From the human T2T-CHM13v2.0 reference genome, Homo sapiens: DNA of 64,000 nucleotides. Position numbers and translations under genes: made by a program. Position 1 is the first letter of the stretch, and each line of letters begins with the position of its first letter. Below, piece by piece: positions 28,149 through 43,340 of this stretch. The stretch is taken from the NCBI RefSeq assembly GCF_009914755.1, contig NC_060928.1; one strand, given 5' to 3'. The notes under the pieces were generated by a model. The model had not been told where the DNA came from. It searched no databases and worked only from the letters and a program-made list of their open reading frames with translations.

Positions 28149-28175
28149 GGCACTATCCTAAGCTCAGAGGAATTG
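28149..28175 (+). CDS. AMTN: AMTN exon 7 micro-exon (GTILSSEEL)
   Basis: Acceptor gcttttag|, 27 nt, donor GTAAAA; encodes the SSEEL S-x-E motif. Confidence 0.95.
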
Positions 28176-30001
28176 GTAAAAAAAATAAAAATACTATTTC
28201 AAATTATTTTCACTTCTATCACAATGTTTTCTGTCCTCATATAGTCTCTTTTGACCATAAATCCTAAATATGGTATGTACTACAATGAACTGAACATTTT
28301 TATAGTTCCTTACATTAGATTATCCTTTCTTTGTTTGGGGATTTCATTATACTTCTCCAGCTACTTTTCTATTAATTTGACTTAGCTTTTGTTTCCGTTT
28401 ATTGCTATCAGATTCAGTTCTATCCAGAAAGGCAGTGCACATTTTTTAACTTCATAAGGATTTCAGTCTAGGATTATAAACTATTGAAATGTATGCAAAT
28501 GTAGAATAACATAAATATTGACTTTTTACAGGAAAGATTAAATTCCTTGACTTGGATATTTAATTTTTATGGAAAAATATATCTTTTTCCAGCGTCAGAT
28601 AGTGATAAATGAACTCTTTCCTACACACATAAATAATTGGAGGGCTGTACCTAAATATAGTTCATATCACCATTGCTAAACACTTCTATGCATTCCTCCA
28701 TAGGTCCTTTTCTAGAGAAAAGGACTTGAATTAACATGATATCTAAACATGACAACAGTACAGAATTGAGGCAATATTTGGGAACACAGTTGTTCAACAG
28801 CTTTTCTATTATGGAAAACGTAGATATTTTCTATATTGTCCATAAATAATCATCAAGGAATGGGGCTAGTGTCTGTTTTGCCAACATTGATGCATGAACA
28901 TCCATATCCAGCTACTGAAGGTTCTTCTATATAACCAGCACTTTAGCAGATCCTTTACATATGTTGCCTTCAACCTTCCCCAAAGCACAAAGCAGATATT
29001 TTTGACCCAGCTTTACAGATAAAGAAACTGAGGTTAAAAGTTTAAGTAATTTAGGCCTCAAAGGCAACAATGAGAAGAAAAGAGTGGATCCAGATCCAAT
29101 GCCATTTTTTAACCTACTACACTAGTGGTTTTTCAAACATTTTTAACACAACTCACAATAGCAACTACATTTTTCATGCAGCTTAGCACACACACACACA
29201 CACACACACATTCACGAAACAGCATTCACCTTTACTATATAGAATGCACTACTAGTCTACTGCCTGTTTTATTGTTTAATGATGACTGACACTCACCTTT
29301 TTTACTTCAAAACTGTGGATATCACAACCCTCAGTTTGAAAACGTCTGTACTCTGCTCCTATCTGTCATCCAGCGTAAGTCTAATTCTGGTTTCAATATC
29401 TCTTAAATGTAACACAGTGTTTCCCAAACTTCATTCCTTGCCCAGCAAATCAGGATGGCATCAAAAGCTGGTTAAAAAGGCAGATTGCTAGGTCCTGCTC
29501 CAGACCTGCTCGATCAGAATCTCTCTAAAAATGAAAAACTCCAATAGACAGGAATTCTTTATGTATCTTCAAGGAACATACAATAGCTGAATTGCCAGGA
29601 TAAATGTTTCTGACTAAGTATTCCAATGCCTTTGAAAAATACATCAAAAAAACTTGAAGGGATGAAAGCCATCAGGATTAATCTACTTGAATCAATTTTT
29701 CCATTAATTTTTATGCTCTTATTTTTTGAAAAAATGTTATGAGCAAAAGAAAGATTACATGTTAGGTTTAATAATATGTAATTTATTTCTGAGGGAAATG
29801 GAGCATAGCAAAGAGTCCCAGTATTGAATCAGACTAGGCTGGACCAAGGGTGTATTTCCCCTGAGGAATGCCAGGTCTTTGCTGTCTTCTCTGACTTTAC
29901 TCTCTCCATCTTTCCATTCCTACCCAAACTTGCTCCCCTTAAAAGAGAAAAGAAAATGTGTTGCTTTTAACTTTGTTTTCTGTTTGCTTCCCTCATTCCA
30001 G

Positions 30002-30263
30002 CCACAAATCTTCACGAGCCTCATCATCCATTCCTTGTTCCCGGGAGGCATCCTGCCCACCAGTCAGGCAGGGGCTAATCCAGATGTCCAGGATGGAAGC
30101 CTTCCAGCAGGAGGAGCAGGTGTAAATCCTGCCACCCAGGGAACCCCAGCAGGCCGCCTCCCAACTCCCAGTGGCACAGATGACGACTTTGCAGTGACCA
30201 CCCCTGCAGGCATCCAAAGGAGCACACATGCCATTGAGGAAGCCACCACAGAATCAGCAAATG
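30002..30263 (+). CDS. AMTN: AMTN exon 8 (PQIFTSLIIHSLFPGG...EEATTESAN-G)
   Basis: Acceptor ctcattccag|, 262 nt, donor GTAAAT (phase 1); lies within ORF 29879..30277. Confidence 0.97.
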
Positions 30264-30480
30264 GTAAATTCTCCTAGCTTGGAACATGCTTCTTGGCTAT
30301 AAAAGTCATCTGCAGAATGGAAAAGAGGAGTTCTTTGTCTTGCCTTGACAAATGCAGATCTTAGTAAGATTAGGAAGCCCCTTTACTCACTCACAGTTAA
30401 CTCCAGCAACATGAGGGAATATTTTTACTCAGCCACCAACCCCCAGGTATTAACACTGAAGGAAGAATTTGTGTGAGTGT

Positions 30481-30920
30481 TTTTGGTTGTTTTGAGACAG
30501 GGTCTTGCTCTGTTGCCCGGGCTGGAGTGCAGTGGCATGATCTCGGCTCACTGCAACCTCCGTCTCCTAGGTTCAAGCGATTCTCATGCCTCAGCCTCCC
30601 AGTAGCTAGGATTACAGGCGCACATCACCACAGCTGGCTAATTTTTGTATTTTTAATAGAGACAGAGTTCAACCATGTTGACCAGGCTGGTCTGAAACTC
30701 CTGACCTCAAGTGATGCACCCACCTCGGCCTCCCAAAGTGCTGGGATTACAGGAGTGCGCCACCGCACCTGACCATACAAGCTAATTTTTGTATTATTTG
30801 TAAAAACGGGGTTTTGCCATGTTGCCCAGGCTGGTCTAGAACTCCTGGCCTCAAGCAATCTGCCTGCCTCGGCCTCCCAAAGAGCTGGGATTGCAGGCAT
30901 GAGCCGCCATGACTGGCCTG
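30481..30920 (-). mobile_element. AluS plus an adjacent extra left monomer
   Basis: Full Alu reverse complement to about 30774, then another left arm at 30781-30920. Confidence 0.85.
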
Positions 30921-31417
30921 AAAGATTTTTAATTGTTGGCATAACACATGTTCCATTTTGGGTCAGAACTGAAAATACTTGAAAGCAGAATGTGTTCCTT
31001 GCCCCAATACACACACACGCACATAGAAGCCTATAGGAGACACACTTCAGTTCATCATGACCCTGTCTCCACTCACTGATGGAGCCTCAGAACCTTCCTA
31101 CTGTAATACTGCAAGCAGCCACTAGTGATTACCTACTGTAATAGCAGGCACTAGTAATAGCTAGCAGAGCAGATAAACCCATCTGCCATTCTTAGATGGA
31201 ACTTAAGAAATGTGACAAAAATAAGCTTTTCTTGCACCCACAAGCAAAGTTAATTGCTTAACATGTGAAAATGTCTAGAACCAAATATCCTTAGAGATAA
31301 CTAAAGAATAATATGGATGCTCCTAATCCTGCAAAAGAAACTTGGATCTCAAGTAAAAGATATTTATGTTAAATATACTTTTTACCTACATTTAAAAGGT
31401 GTTTTATTTTCTTCCAG

Positions 31418-31428
31418 GAATTCAGTAA
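31418..31428 (+). CDS. AMTN: AMTN exon 9 coding part (G-I-Q-stop), followed by the 3' UTR
   Basis: Acceptor ttcttccag|ga att cag TAA. Confidence 0.95.
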
Positions 31429-31682
31429 GCTGTTTCAAATTTTTTCAACTAAGCTGCCTCGAATTTGGTGATACATGTGAATCTTTATCATTGATTATAT
31501 TATGGAATAGATTGAGACACATTGGATAGTCTTAGAAGAAATTAATTCTTAATTTACCTGAAAATATTCTTGAAATTTCAGAAAATATGTTCTATGTAGA
31601 GAATCCCAACTTTTAAAAACAATAATTCAATGGATAAATCTGTCTTTGAAATATAACATTATGCTGCCTGGATGATATGCAT

Positions 31683-31688
31683 ATTAAA
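31683..31688 (+). terminator. AMTN: AMTN poly(A) signal (ATTAAA variant)
   Basis: ATTAAA about 255 nt after the stop, followed by a T-rich downstream tract at about 31708-31721. Confidence 0.7.
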
Positions 31689-32559
31689 ACATATTTGGAA
31701 AACTGACTCTTTTTCTTCTTTGGAGATGGAAGAAAGTTGGCCCTTACAGAAACTACATTTCCTCAGGGCACTAACATGATACTCCAGGTCTAGAACTTTC
31801 TTTGGAAGTAGGAAGCACAGCAGTCAAGAAAGGGACATCCAGCAATGTGAAGACAAATTCTGGTCTCTTCACAGTTACCTCATCATTTGCTTTCTTATAA
31901 GAGTCACAAACTTAATTTTTAATAAGCAGAGTACTTTTGAACATCTAAAACATACAGTACAAAGAATTACAAATCATAATTCTGCCTATCCTCAAGTGTT
32001 TATATTCAGAACTCATGATAATGGCATTTAATGTTTAATTTTGGTATGCTTGAGTGTGAAAAATGGCATTGAAAAAAGTAATCATAATCACTAAAACAAA
32101 CCAAGGTGATACTCTTGCTCCATTCACCTAAAAGGTAGAAACTAATCTGATTTAAACTTATAACAGACCATTGCAGTTCATCTATAGTGAGGGGGATTAA
32201 TATAAACTGCAGTAGAGCCCCCCAAAAAGAAAGGTATGGATAGGGTTAATAACATTTCTCACTATATACGGCTCAACTCCATCAGTACGCAACAAATGGA
32301 AATATGCACCATGAAATATATTCCATGTTTAGTGTATCAGGTGGTTACAGATTTGCTAGTGGTTAATGATTTATTAGCCACCTTGTTTCAGATATGCAGA
32401 AGCTGAATAACTTACTTATAAACTGTCAATATTCATGACCAAATGAGAGTAAATTAGTATTCAAACTTCCAAAAATATTTTGCCACTTGTGATAATAATT
32501 AAAAGTGCTAATAAAGGACTTCCTGGATAACCATCTATCAAAAAAATATTCTTTCAGTT

Positions 32560-33179
32560 AGGAGGCTGAAGCAGGAAGATCTCTTGAGGCTAGGAGTTTA
32601 AAACTAGCTTGGACACAATAGGAAGACCATATGTCTAAAAAAAGTTTGAGAAGTTATCTGGTATGTACCTGTAGTCCCAGCTCCTTGAGAGCCTGAGGCA
32701 AGAGGATCATTTGAGCCCATGCGTTCAAGGCGGCAAAGAGCTATGATCGCACCACTGCACTCCAGTCTGGGCAACAGAGCAAGACTCTGTCTTTAAAATA
32801 ACTAATTGATTAATTTTTTAATTTTTTTGAGCCTCATTTTTTTAATCTGTAAAATGGAGGCAAAAATCCCTGTCATGTTCAGGCACAGTGGCTCACCGCT
32901 GTAATCCTAACACTTTGGGATGCCAAGGCGGGTGAATCACTCGAGCCCAGGAGTTTGAGACCAGCCTGGGAAGCATGGTGAAACCCTATCTCTACAAAAA
33001 TAAATAAATACAAAAATTAACTGGGCATGGTGGCATGCAACTAGAGTCCCAACTATTCAAGAGGCTGAGGTGGGTGGATCATTTGAGCCCAGGAGGTTAA
33101 GGCTTCAATGAGCCGAGATTATGCCACTGCACTCCATCATGGATGACAGAGTGACACCCTCTCTCAAAAAAAAAAAAAA
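32560..33179 (+). mobile_element. Two AluJ-type elements (about 32560-32797, 5'-truncated; about 32873-33179)
   Basis: Alu motifs; the second has the TSD aaaaatccctgtcat. Confidence 0.85.
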
Positions 33180-33657
33180 TCCCTGTCATAGATGTCCCAC
33201 AAAGTTAATATGATCATCAAAGCAAATACACAAGGTGCTTTACAAATTCCACTATAGAAATCCATTTTGTTTACTTTCAATGTTCTTCAAACCAATCGAG
33301 GCTATCAATTATTCCAGCACCATATCTTCCTCCCTAAACTCCTGCATACATATTGCCATGACAGCATTAATACACAAGGTGTGAGATTACCATCTAGACC
33401 ATCAAAGCCAGGGTGTCTTCCAACTGGGATATGCTACTCCTGGGGGAACCTGAAGACTTTCTAAGGGCTACAGGGTCTTAAGGGTTTAATTTCCATCCTT
33501 AACTCTCACCTATGTACTCTCTTGAGACATATCTGCCTGAGAACATGTTCCTTTTCCTCCTCCCCTTTCATACTCACTCTTTTCCCACCTTCAAAAGACA
33601 GATCTATGAGGGAACTTCAAAAAGTTAATGGGAAAATGAAATTAAAAGTAGATTATT

Positions 33658-34075
<418 letters not shown>

Positions 34076-34167
34076 TTATAGAATAACATTTATAGAGTAA
34101 AAAGAAATATATCATTAAAAATATAAGCTTCATTGCTCAACATAAGCTCCTTCAAGTTCAAGACACT

Positions 34168-34446
34168 GAATTACAACTAGCTAGGGGGAATAAGTACTGG
34201 TATTCTATACCGCTGTAGAATGACTGTAGTTAACAATAATATATAGTTTCAAATAGCTAGAAAAAAGTATTGAACATTCCCAACATAAAAAAATGATAAA
34301 TGTTTGAGATGATGGATATGCTAGTTACCCTGATCTGATCTTCATACATTATGTGTATCAAAACACTGCTATATACCCCATGAATATGCACTATTACTGT
34401 CTGTCAACTTTTAAAAATAAAATTAAAATTAACTTTTTTTAAAAAA
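34168..34446 (+). mobile_element. L1MA-type 3' end
   Basis: tgactgtagttaacaataatatatagtttcaaatagctag...tgagatgatggatatgcta. Confidence 0.75.
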
Positions 34447-34456
34447 GGACACTTCT

Positions 34457-34753
34457 AGCAGGCACAATGGCTCATGTCTGTAATCCCAGCACTTTGGGAG
34501 GCCAAGTTGGGTGGATCACTTGAGGTCAGGAGTTCGAGATCAGCCTGGCCAATGTGGTGAAACCCAGTCTCTACTAAACATACAAAAATTAGCTGGGCGT
34601 GGTGGCACAGTCCTGTAATCCCAGCTATTCAGGAGGCTGAGGCGAGAGAATCATTTGAACCCAGGAGGTGAAGGTTACAGTGGGCCAAGATTGTGCCACT
34701 GCCCTCCAGCCTGGGTGACAGAGAGACTCAGTCTCAAAAAAAAAAAAAAAAAA
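34457..34753 (+). mobile_element. AluS
   Basis: Dimeric Alu; gacactt on both flanks. Confidence 0.9.
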
Positions 34754-35323
34754 GACACTTTGGTAAGCAATGATACCAGTCATTTAGTCCATCCTTAAAG
34801 AACTGAGGGTCCTGGGAATTTAATCATGTCAATGAAGTCTTTTTCACATTATTAACTGAAGAAAAATAGGTGATCTTAAAGATGTTTTAAGATTAGGAAA
34901 CAAAAATAAGTCAGAAGGAGCCAAATCAAGACTATGAGGTGGATGCCTAAGGATTTCCTATCAAAACTCACAAAATTGCCCATGTTTGATGAGAGGAATG
35001 AGCAGGAGCATTGCTGTGGTGGAGGCGGACTCTCCAGTGAGAAGCATTTTTCTGCTAAAGCTGTAGCTGACTTTCTCAACACATCCTCATAATAAGCAGA
35101 TGTTCTCATTCTCTGGCCTTCCAGAAAGCCAACAAGCAAGATGCCTTGAGCATCCCAAAATAACTATTGCCGTGACCTTTGCTCTTGACTGGCCCACTTT
35201 TGCTTTGACTGGACCACTTCCACCTCTTGGTAGCCATTGCGTTGATTGTGCTTTGTCTTTGGGATCATGCTGGTAAAGCCATGTTCCATCTCCTGTTCCA
35301 ATGCTTCAAAGAAACGCTTCAGG

Positions 35324-36369
35324 CAATGGTAACAAAAGCCAAAATTGACAAATGGGATCTAATTAAACTAAAGAGCTTCTGCACAGCAAAAGAAACTACC
35401 ATCAGAGTGAACAGGCAACCTACAGAATGGGAGAAAATTTCTGCAATCTACTCATCTGACAAAGGGCTAATATCCAGAATCTACAAAGAACTCAAACAAA
35501 TTTACAAGAAAAAAACAACCCCATCAACAAGTGGACGAAGGATATGAACAGACACTTCTCAGAAGAAGACATTTCTGCAGCCAAAAGACACATGAAAAAA
35601 TGCTCACCATCACTGGCCGTCAGAGAAATGCAAATCAAAACCACAATGAGATACCATCTCACACCAGTTAGAATGGCGATCATTAAAAAGTCAGGAAACA
35701 ACAGGTGCTGGAGAGGATGTGGAGAAATAGGAACACTTTTACACTGTTGGTGGGACTGTAAACTGGTTCAACCATTGTGGAAGACAGTGTGGCGATTCCT
35801 CAGGGATCTAGAACTAGAAGTACCATTTGACCCAGCCATCCCATTACTGGGTATATACCCAAAGGATTATAAATCATGGTGCTAGAAAGACACATGCACA
35901 CGTATGTTTATTGTGGCACTATTCACAATAGCAAAGACCTGGAACCAACCCAAATGTCCAACAAAGATAGACCAGATTAAGAAAATGTGGCACATATACA
36001 CCACGGAATACTACGCAGCCATAAAAAAGGATGAGTTCATGTCCTTTGTAGGGACATGGATGAAGCTGGAAACCATCATTCTCAGCAAACTATCGCAAAG
36101 ACAAAAAACCAAACGTCGCATGTTCTCACTCATAGGTGGGAACTGAACAATGAGAACACTTGGACACAGGAAGGGGGACATCACACACCGGGGCCTGTTG
36201 TGGGGTGGGGGAACGGGGGAGGGATAGCATTAGGAGATATACCTAATGTAAATGATGAGTTAATGGGTGTGGCACACCAACATGGCACATGTATACATAT
36301 ATAACAAACCTGCACATTGTGCACATGTACCCTAGAACTTAAAGTATAATTTAAAAAAAAAAGAAAAAA
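35324..36369 (+). mobile_element. 5'-truncated L1PA (PA4/PA5-like): ORF2 C-terminus plus 3' UTR
   Basis: [38 protein letters not shown]; TSD aaagaaacgcttcagg / aaagaaatgcatcagg. Confidence 0.93.
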
Positions 36370-38785
36370 AAAGAAATGCATCAGGATCCTTCTGCCACTT
36401 GTTTATAATTTCCATCGAAAGCTCTGGTCTTGACTGCACTGATCTGGGACCCACAGTTTTGGCACCCATCGACTGGAAAGTTGGCTCAACTTTAGTTTTT
36501 CAGTCAGAATTGTGTAAGCTGAACCAACTGAAATGTCTGTGGTGTTGGCTACTGTTTCTGCTATAATCATCAGTGCTCCTCAATTAGGGCACAAACATGA
36601 TGAATTTTTTCCTCGCAAATTGATGTGGACAGTCTACCGCATCTTCGCATCTTCAGCATCATCTTGTCCCTTCTTAAAATGAGTTATCATTTATAAATTG
36701 CTGGTTTTTGAGGTGCTGTCCCCATAAACTTTTGTAAAGCACTGATGACTTCCCAAGTCTCCCACCCAAACTTCGCCATCAATTTCATGTTTGTTCTCAC
36801 TTCAATTTTAGCAAAATCCATGTTGCTCTGATAGGGGCTCTTTTCAAACTGATGTTTTGTCTTCTTAGTGCATCAAATGAGACCTTGTTCAGACAAGTTA
36901 GTACAAGTTTATTTTGGTGCGAAAATATTTTTTAATCCATCCACAGTTTTTCATAATACACGTTTTCCATAAATTTTTGAAGCCCCCTCACATTTCTTAT
37001 CTATCACTGATTTCACTGTGGAAAATTTTTCTGTCTTAAAAACCTCTAGGACACAAAACAAATTGAGAATCTGAAATATTGATACTGTTGTTAAAAATGA
37101 AAATGACCTTTTACAAATCAGGTAGTTCAGGTAGTTTCAAATATCAATAGGATTAAATAGGGACCTAATGGAATCATCAGGTGACTAATCATTAAAAATA
37201 ATTTTGGTGGTAGAAATTAAAAATATTTAGTTATGAATCATTTTTAAATATCAAAATACATAAATTATATATTAATACAAATAACTTACTTTTGATGAAA
37301 AATAACTACTTTTTTACTTTGATGAGAAGGTGAGGTACTTAGTTTAATGAACAAAATTTAGTGAGAATAGTAACTTTATTCTTAAATATCTTTCATGTCT
37401 GATTTAATCAAAAATATTAAGATTTTTGTGTCTGCTTCTCCATTCACTGTATCTGTCACAATATTACATATGTTGTGCTGAAAATTTATACTGTAACTCG
37501 AGAGAATAAGAATGAAACAGGAAAATAAAACCTTGATATTATAAAAGTAGTTTACCTTGATGACCATCAAAAGGATCTCAGAGACTTTCAAGGATCTTCA
37601 AATCAAACTTTGAAAAAAACTTTGAACAGTATTACACCCATTTATTTTTATCCTCTTTCTAGTTACATATACTGAAAACCACATGATTTCATGTGTGTAT
37701 GTAACTCACACATACTCTCATTGCTTGTTATACTACTACAGGAATATACCCCCACAAACACGGTAATTCTCATAAAACCAGTTTCATTCAATTCTCAACA
37801 AAAAAATTATAGTAAATGTATAATTCTATGTGCTTTAATATCAAACATACTCCTGACAGAAGAGATCTTCCTGTTACATGAGGCATCAATGAAAGATGAA
37901 AACTCTGCTTCCAATTTTACTGTCTGACAACTGGTAGAATTTCCCACAGACTACTTTCTGGCTTCCAACCTTACAGACTTTTTCTCTTCCATTCACCACA
38001 TAACCACATTACTTCTGCTACCAAACATCACAAGACACATTGTGATACCAGCTCTGGCCTTTCACTTGGTGTCCCTATACCTGTACTTGGTGCATTGGAA
38101 CTTTAGGGGATGGGTGAAATAGGAGTATTTCTGGAAGCTATTTCTAAAATAAAACAACCAGAAACAACTATTTACAAGCCACATAAATATACCCCACTAA
38201 ACCCAAACTAAAAGTGTTCTCAATTTAACCTTTCATAGGTGGATCACAAAAACACCTGTAACTACATCAATGCCATTTGACACAACATGAAGTATGATAA
38301 AAGGAAAGTCAGAGTAGAAAGAGAAGTCATAACTTGTTGTGGTTAAAATATCTTACTTTTTCAAAAGCTACAAAACACAGGATCCTGTGAACCCATGCTA
38401 GTATCATCTTAGGATCTTGGAAGAGACCAGTATAAGTGAAGGGCCCTGAAGTTTCAACTTAAACTTCACTAGCTTCATAATAAATACATCTCTGCCTCCC
38501 CACCTTTACCCAATTTTAAACATTCTACTTGCCCTTCTTTCCTCTGCATTTTGGGTTTTTCAATAATCCTATTTATGTCTTTATTAGAAGATACCAAGTT
38601 TGTAATAATACCTGCCTTGTTCTGGGTGACAAATTCTGCTTATACCATAAAGTATGTACCTCATGTAGTATATACTGAGGGCATTTTACAAGGGAAGTAC
38701 AATATATTTCTGGAAAATTAAATTCTAATTTACTCTCTTTTGGCCAGAAAAACTTTGACAAGGTAATAGATACCAAAGTCTAGAG

Positions 38786-39402
<617 letters not shown>

Positions 39403-39738
39403 GTCTAGGGAAGAAGAACCATGAGGCTAATAGTAACAACCCTACTTAACTAATGGGGAATCTAAATCTTGTTTTGTGTAAGTAATATGTCCAAGATCAT
39501 ACAGGAGCTAGCATTTTGTGAAACTGGGCTTTGAACTTAGTTTTGCATAAAAGTTATGAAGTTTAAAGAAACTTTTCTAAATCATCAAAAATAAAATGCT
39601 GATTTAATCAATAATGCTAGAGGAAAGACTGGATCATCTTTCTATTCCTTTTATTAAAAAAACTATGAAATCATTGTCATATGAAGAGACAATCAAAATT
39701 CAAAAAGTGTAAGGAATAAGTATTATAAAGATGCGTCA

Positions 39739-40038
<300 letters not shown>

Positions 40039-40870
40039 TCAAGTAGTTAAACAATAGTATTAACCATCTGGATTTGGTGATGTTTATGTGGGTTGTCAGC
40101 TTTTTTAATTAATAATTTGTTGTGACATCTTTCTTCATTTGAAATAAACTTTCACTCTCTTACTAAATTGTATTTTTAATTTTGTACTCTTTCTTCTCTG
40201 TTGTCATAAGTCCATACTGGCATTGCTGAGATATTGACATTCTGCCTGGCCAACAGTCTTCGCAGGTTACTACTGTATCCTACTCACCCACATTCTGCCT
40301 CCCCCTGCTCCCCCTGGGAAGTCTCCGCAAAGCTGCCTTAGATCTCTCTGCCTAAACTCTGTCCTAGGACTCTTATACTCCATCACTCCTGAGACTGGCA
40401 CACGAAAACACTGCCATTAATGCTGCCTCCTGGGGCACATCTAAAAGAAGGGCTGAGCTTCCCTCTCCTCCCTTTCAGTTTCTCCTACGCTACCTAGGGT
40501 TCTAATGTTCCCCACGCTGATCCCTTCTTCACAGGGCATCTTATCAGAGACACAGATTCTAAGATCTTTCTTCCCTGCTTCCCTTGTCTTCTCCTAGTTT
40601 GTATAATCTTTTCCGTTATATTTTGGAGAAGAGGGCAAAAATATTGGCATTGATCCGTTCTTCCAGATCTATTTTATGGCATTTACTTTATACCAAATGC
40701 TTCAGATCTTGGCTTTTAAGACCAAAATTATTTTCCCTCAAACCATTGTTTCTACCGTAAAATTCTAAAGTTTATTTTGAAGCTGAAAGGCCAAGAATGC
40801 ACTAATTTTTATCTTTCAGTATTTCTGCTCTTCCTTTTTTCTCTGAGGGAATGGATTCTAAAGTCTAGAG

Positions 40871-41184
40871 AAGAGTGATCTGATAGAAATATAATATAAG
40901 CCACAAATGTAATTTTAAATTTCCTAGTAGCCACATGGAAAAGACAGAGAAGCAGATAAAATGAATTTTATGAATATATATTTATTTAAGTGAATATATC
41001 CTCAATGTATTTTTACATATATTCAATATAAAAAATAATAAACTATTTTATATTTTTGTTATTGTTACTAAGTCTTTGAAATCCAATGTTTATTTCCATT
41101 TACATCTCAATTTGAACTAACCACAATTCAAGTGCTTGATAGTCACATGTGGCTAGTGGCTACCGTATTAGATAATTAGTACAG
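40871..41184 (+). mobile_element. MER33 (second copy)
   Basis: atagaaatataatataagccacaaatgtaattttaaatttcctagtagccaca...atgtggctagtggctaccgtatt. Confidence 0.82.
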
Positions 41185-41249
41185 GTCTAGATTGAATGAA
41201 GGAAGAGCTACAAGGTTGAAAGTAATAACACAGAACAAAAATACACTGG

Positions 41250-43340
41250 TAAAATATGCAAAATTCAAGAAATCAAAGATCTAAATAAATGGAGAAATAT
41301 TTTATGTATTAATGGATAGAAAGATTTATATTGTCAAGATGTCAGTTCTTCCCAACTTGATTTATAGGTTAAATGCCATCCCACTCAGAATCTCAGCAAG
41401 TTATTTTGTGGATTTTGACAAACTAATTTTAGAGTTTATATGGAAAGCCAAAAGACCCAGAATAGCCAACACAATATTGACACTACTCAACTTCAAGACT
41501 GACTATAAAACTATAGTAATTAAGACAGTGTGGTATTGGTGAAATAATAGAAAATTAGATCAGTAAAACAGAACAGAGTACCAAAATGGATCCACACAAA
41601 TATAGATAACTGACCTTTAGCAAAGAAAGTCAACTCAGCACAGAAAGGATGATCATTGGACTTCCCATGCAAAAAAAAAAAAACAGACTTTAGACACATT
41701 ATACCTTTATGCCTAAATGTAAAATGCAAAACTATAAAATTCCTAGAAGATAATGTAGGAGAAAATCTAGGTGGCCTTGAATTTGGTTATGACTTTTTAG
41801 ATACAATACCAAAAGCACTATCCATGAAAGAAAAAATAAAGTTGGGCTTCATTAAAATTGAAAACTTCTGTTCTGCCAAAAACAGTGTTAACAGAATGAG
41901 GAGATATGCCATAGACTAGGGAAAATATCTTTGCAAAACATATATCTTATAAAGAAGTGATATACAAAGTATACAAAGAACTCAAAACTCAGTAAGAAGA
42001 AAATAACCCAATTTAAAAATCAGCAAAGATCTGAAGACATCTCACCAAAGAAAATACACAAATCTTAAATATGCCTATGAAAAATGCTCAATATCACGTC
42101 AGCACGAAATTACAAATTCAAAAACACCGAGATATCATATATATCTATTAAAACAGCTAAACCCTATAACACTTTATAATACCAAATGCTGTCAAAGATG
42201 TGAAACACCATGAATTCTCATTCATTGCTAATGGGAATGCAAAATGATAGAACTACCTCAGAAGACAATTCGGCGGTTTCTTACAAAACCTAACAAACTC
42301 TTAACCATACAATCCTTGGAATTTACCCCAATAGTTCAAAATTTATGTTCACACAAGAATCTACACAATTCATAATTTATAATTCATAATTGCCAAAACT
42401 TAGAAGCAATCAAGAAGTCCTTCAATAGGTTAATGAATGAAAAAAATGTGGTACATCCAGAGAATGAAATATTATTCTGTGATAAAAATAAACTGTCAAA
42501 CCACAACAAGATATGAAGGACCCTTAAATGCCTTATTGTTACTGAAAGAAGCCAGTCTTAAAAAGCTACATACAGGCTGGGCTCATTACCGTAATACCAA
42601 CACTTTGAGAGGCCAAGGCAGGAGGATTGCTTGAGCCCAGGAGTTCGAGACCACCCTAGGCAAAATACTGAGACCTCATCCCTAAAAAAAAAAATAAAAT
42701 AAAAATTAGCCAGGCATTGTGGTAGTCCTAGCTACTCAGGAGGCTGAGGTGAGAGAATCACTTGAGCCTAGGAGGTTGAGCCATGATCACACTACTGCAC
42801 CACTCCAGCCTGAGTGACAGGGTGAGGCCCTGTCTCAAAAAAGAGCAGCCTGCCCAGTATGGTGAAACCCTGTCTCTACACTGTATGGTTCTAGCTACAT
42901 GATCTTTCTGGAAAAGGCAAAAATATGGGGATAGCAAAATGATCAGTAGTTGCCAGAGGTTCAGGGGGAAGGGAGGATGAATAGGCGGAAGACAGAAGAT
43001 TTTTTTAGGGTGATGAAACTATTCCGTATGACACCATAATAGTGATACATGCCATTATACATTTATCAAAATCCATAAAATACACAATGCAAAGAGTGAA
43101 TGCTAATGTAAACTATAGAATTTAGTTAATAATAATGTATTTTATTGGATCATATATTTAACGTATCTTAATGTACAATTGTAGCACCAATTGTAACAAA
43201 TGTGCCACATTGACGCAAGATGTTAATAATAGAATTAACTGTAGGGGAAAGGAAGAGGAGGTGTAAGTGGGAACTCCTGGACTTCCTCTTCAATTTTTCT
43301 GTAAACATAAAACTACTTTTAAAAATCTATTAATTTTCCT
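41250..43340 (+). mobile_element. Old L1 (L1MB/MC type) 3' portion containing an AluJ (about 42575-42845)
   Basis: ORFs 41312 and 41656 resemble L1 ORF2 (KMSVLPNLIYRLNAIP, YKTIVIKTVWYW); old L1 3' UTR. Confidence 0.8.
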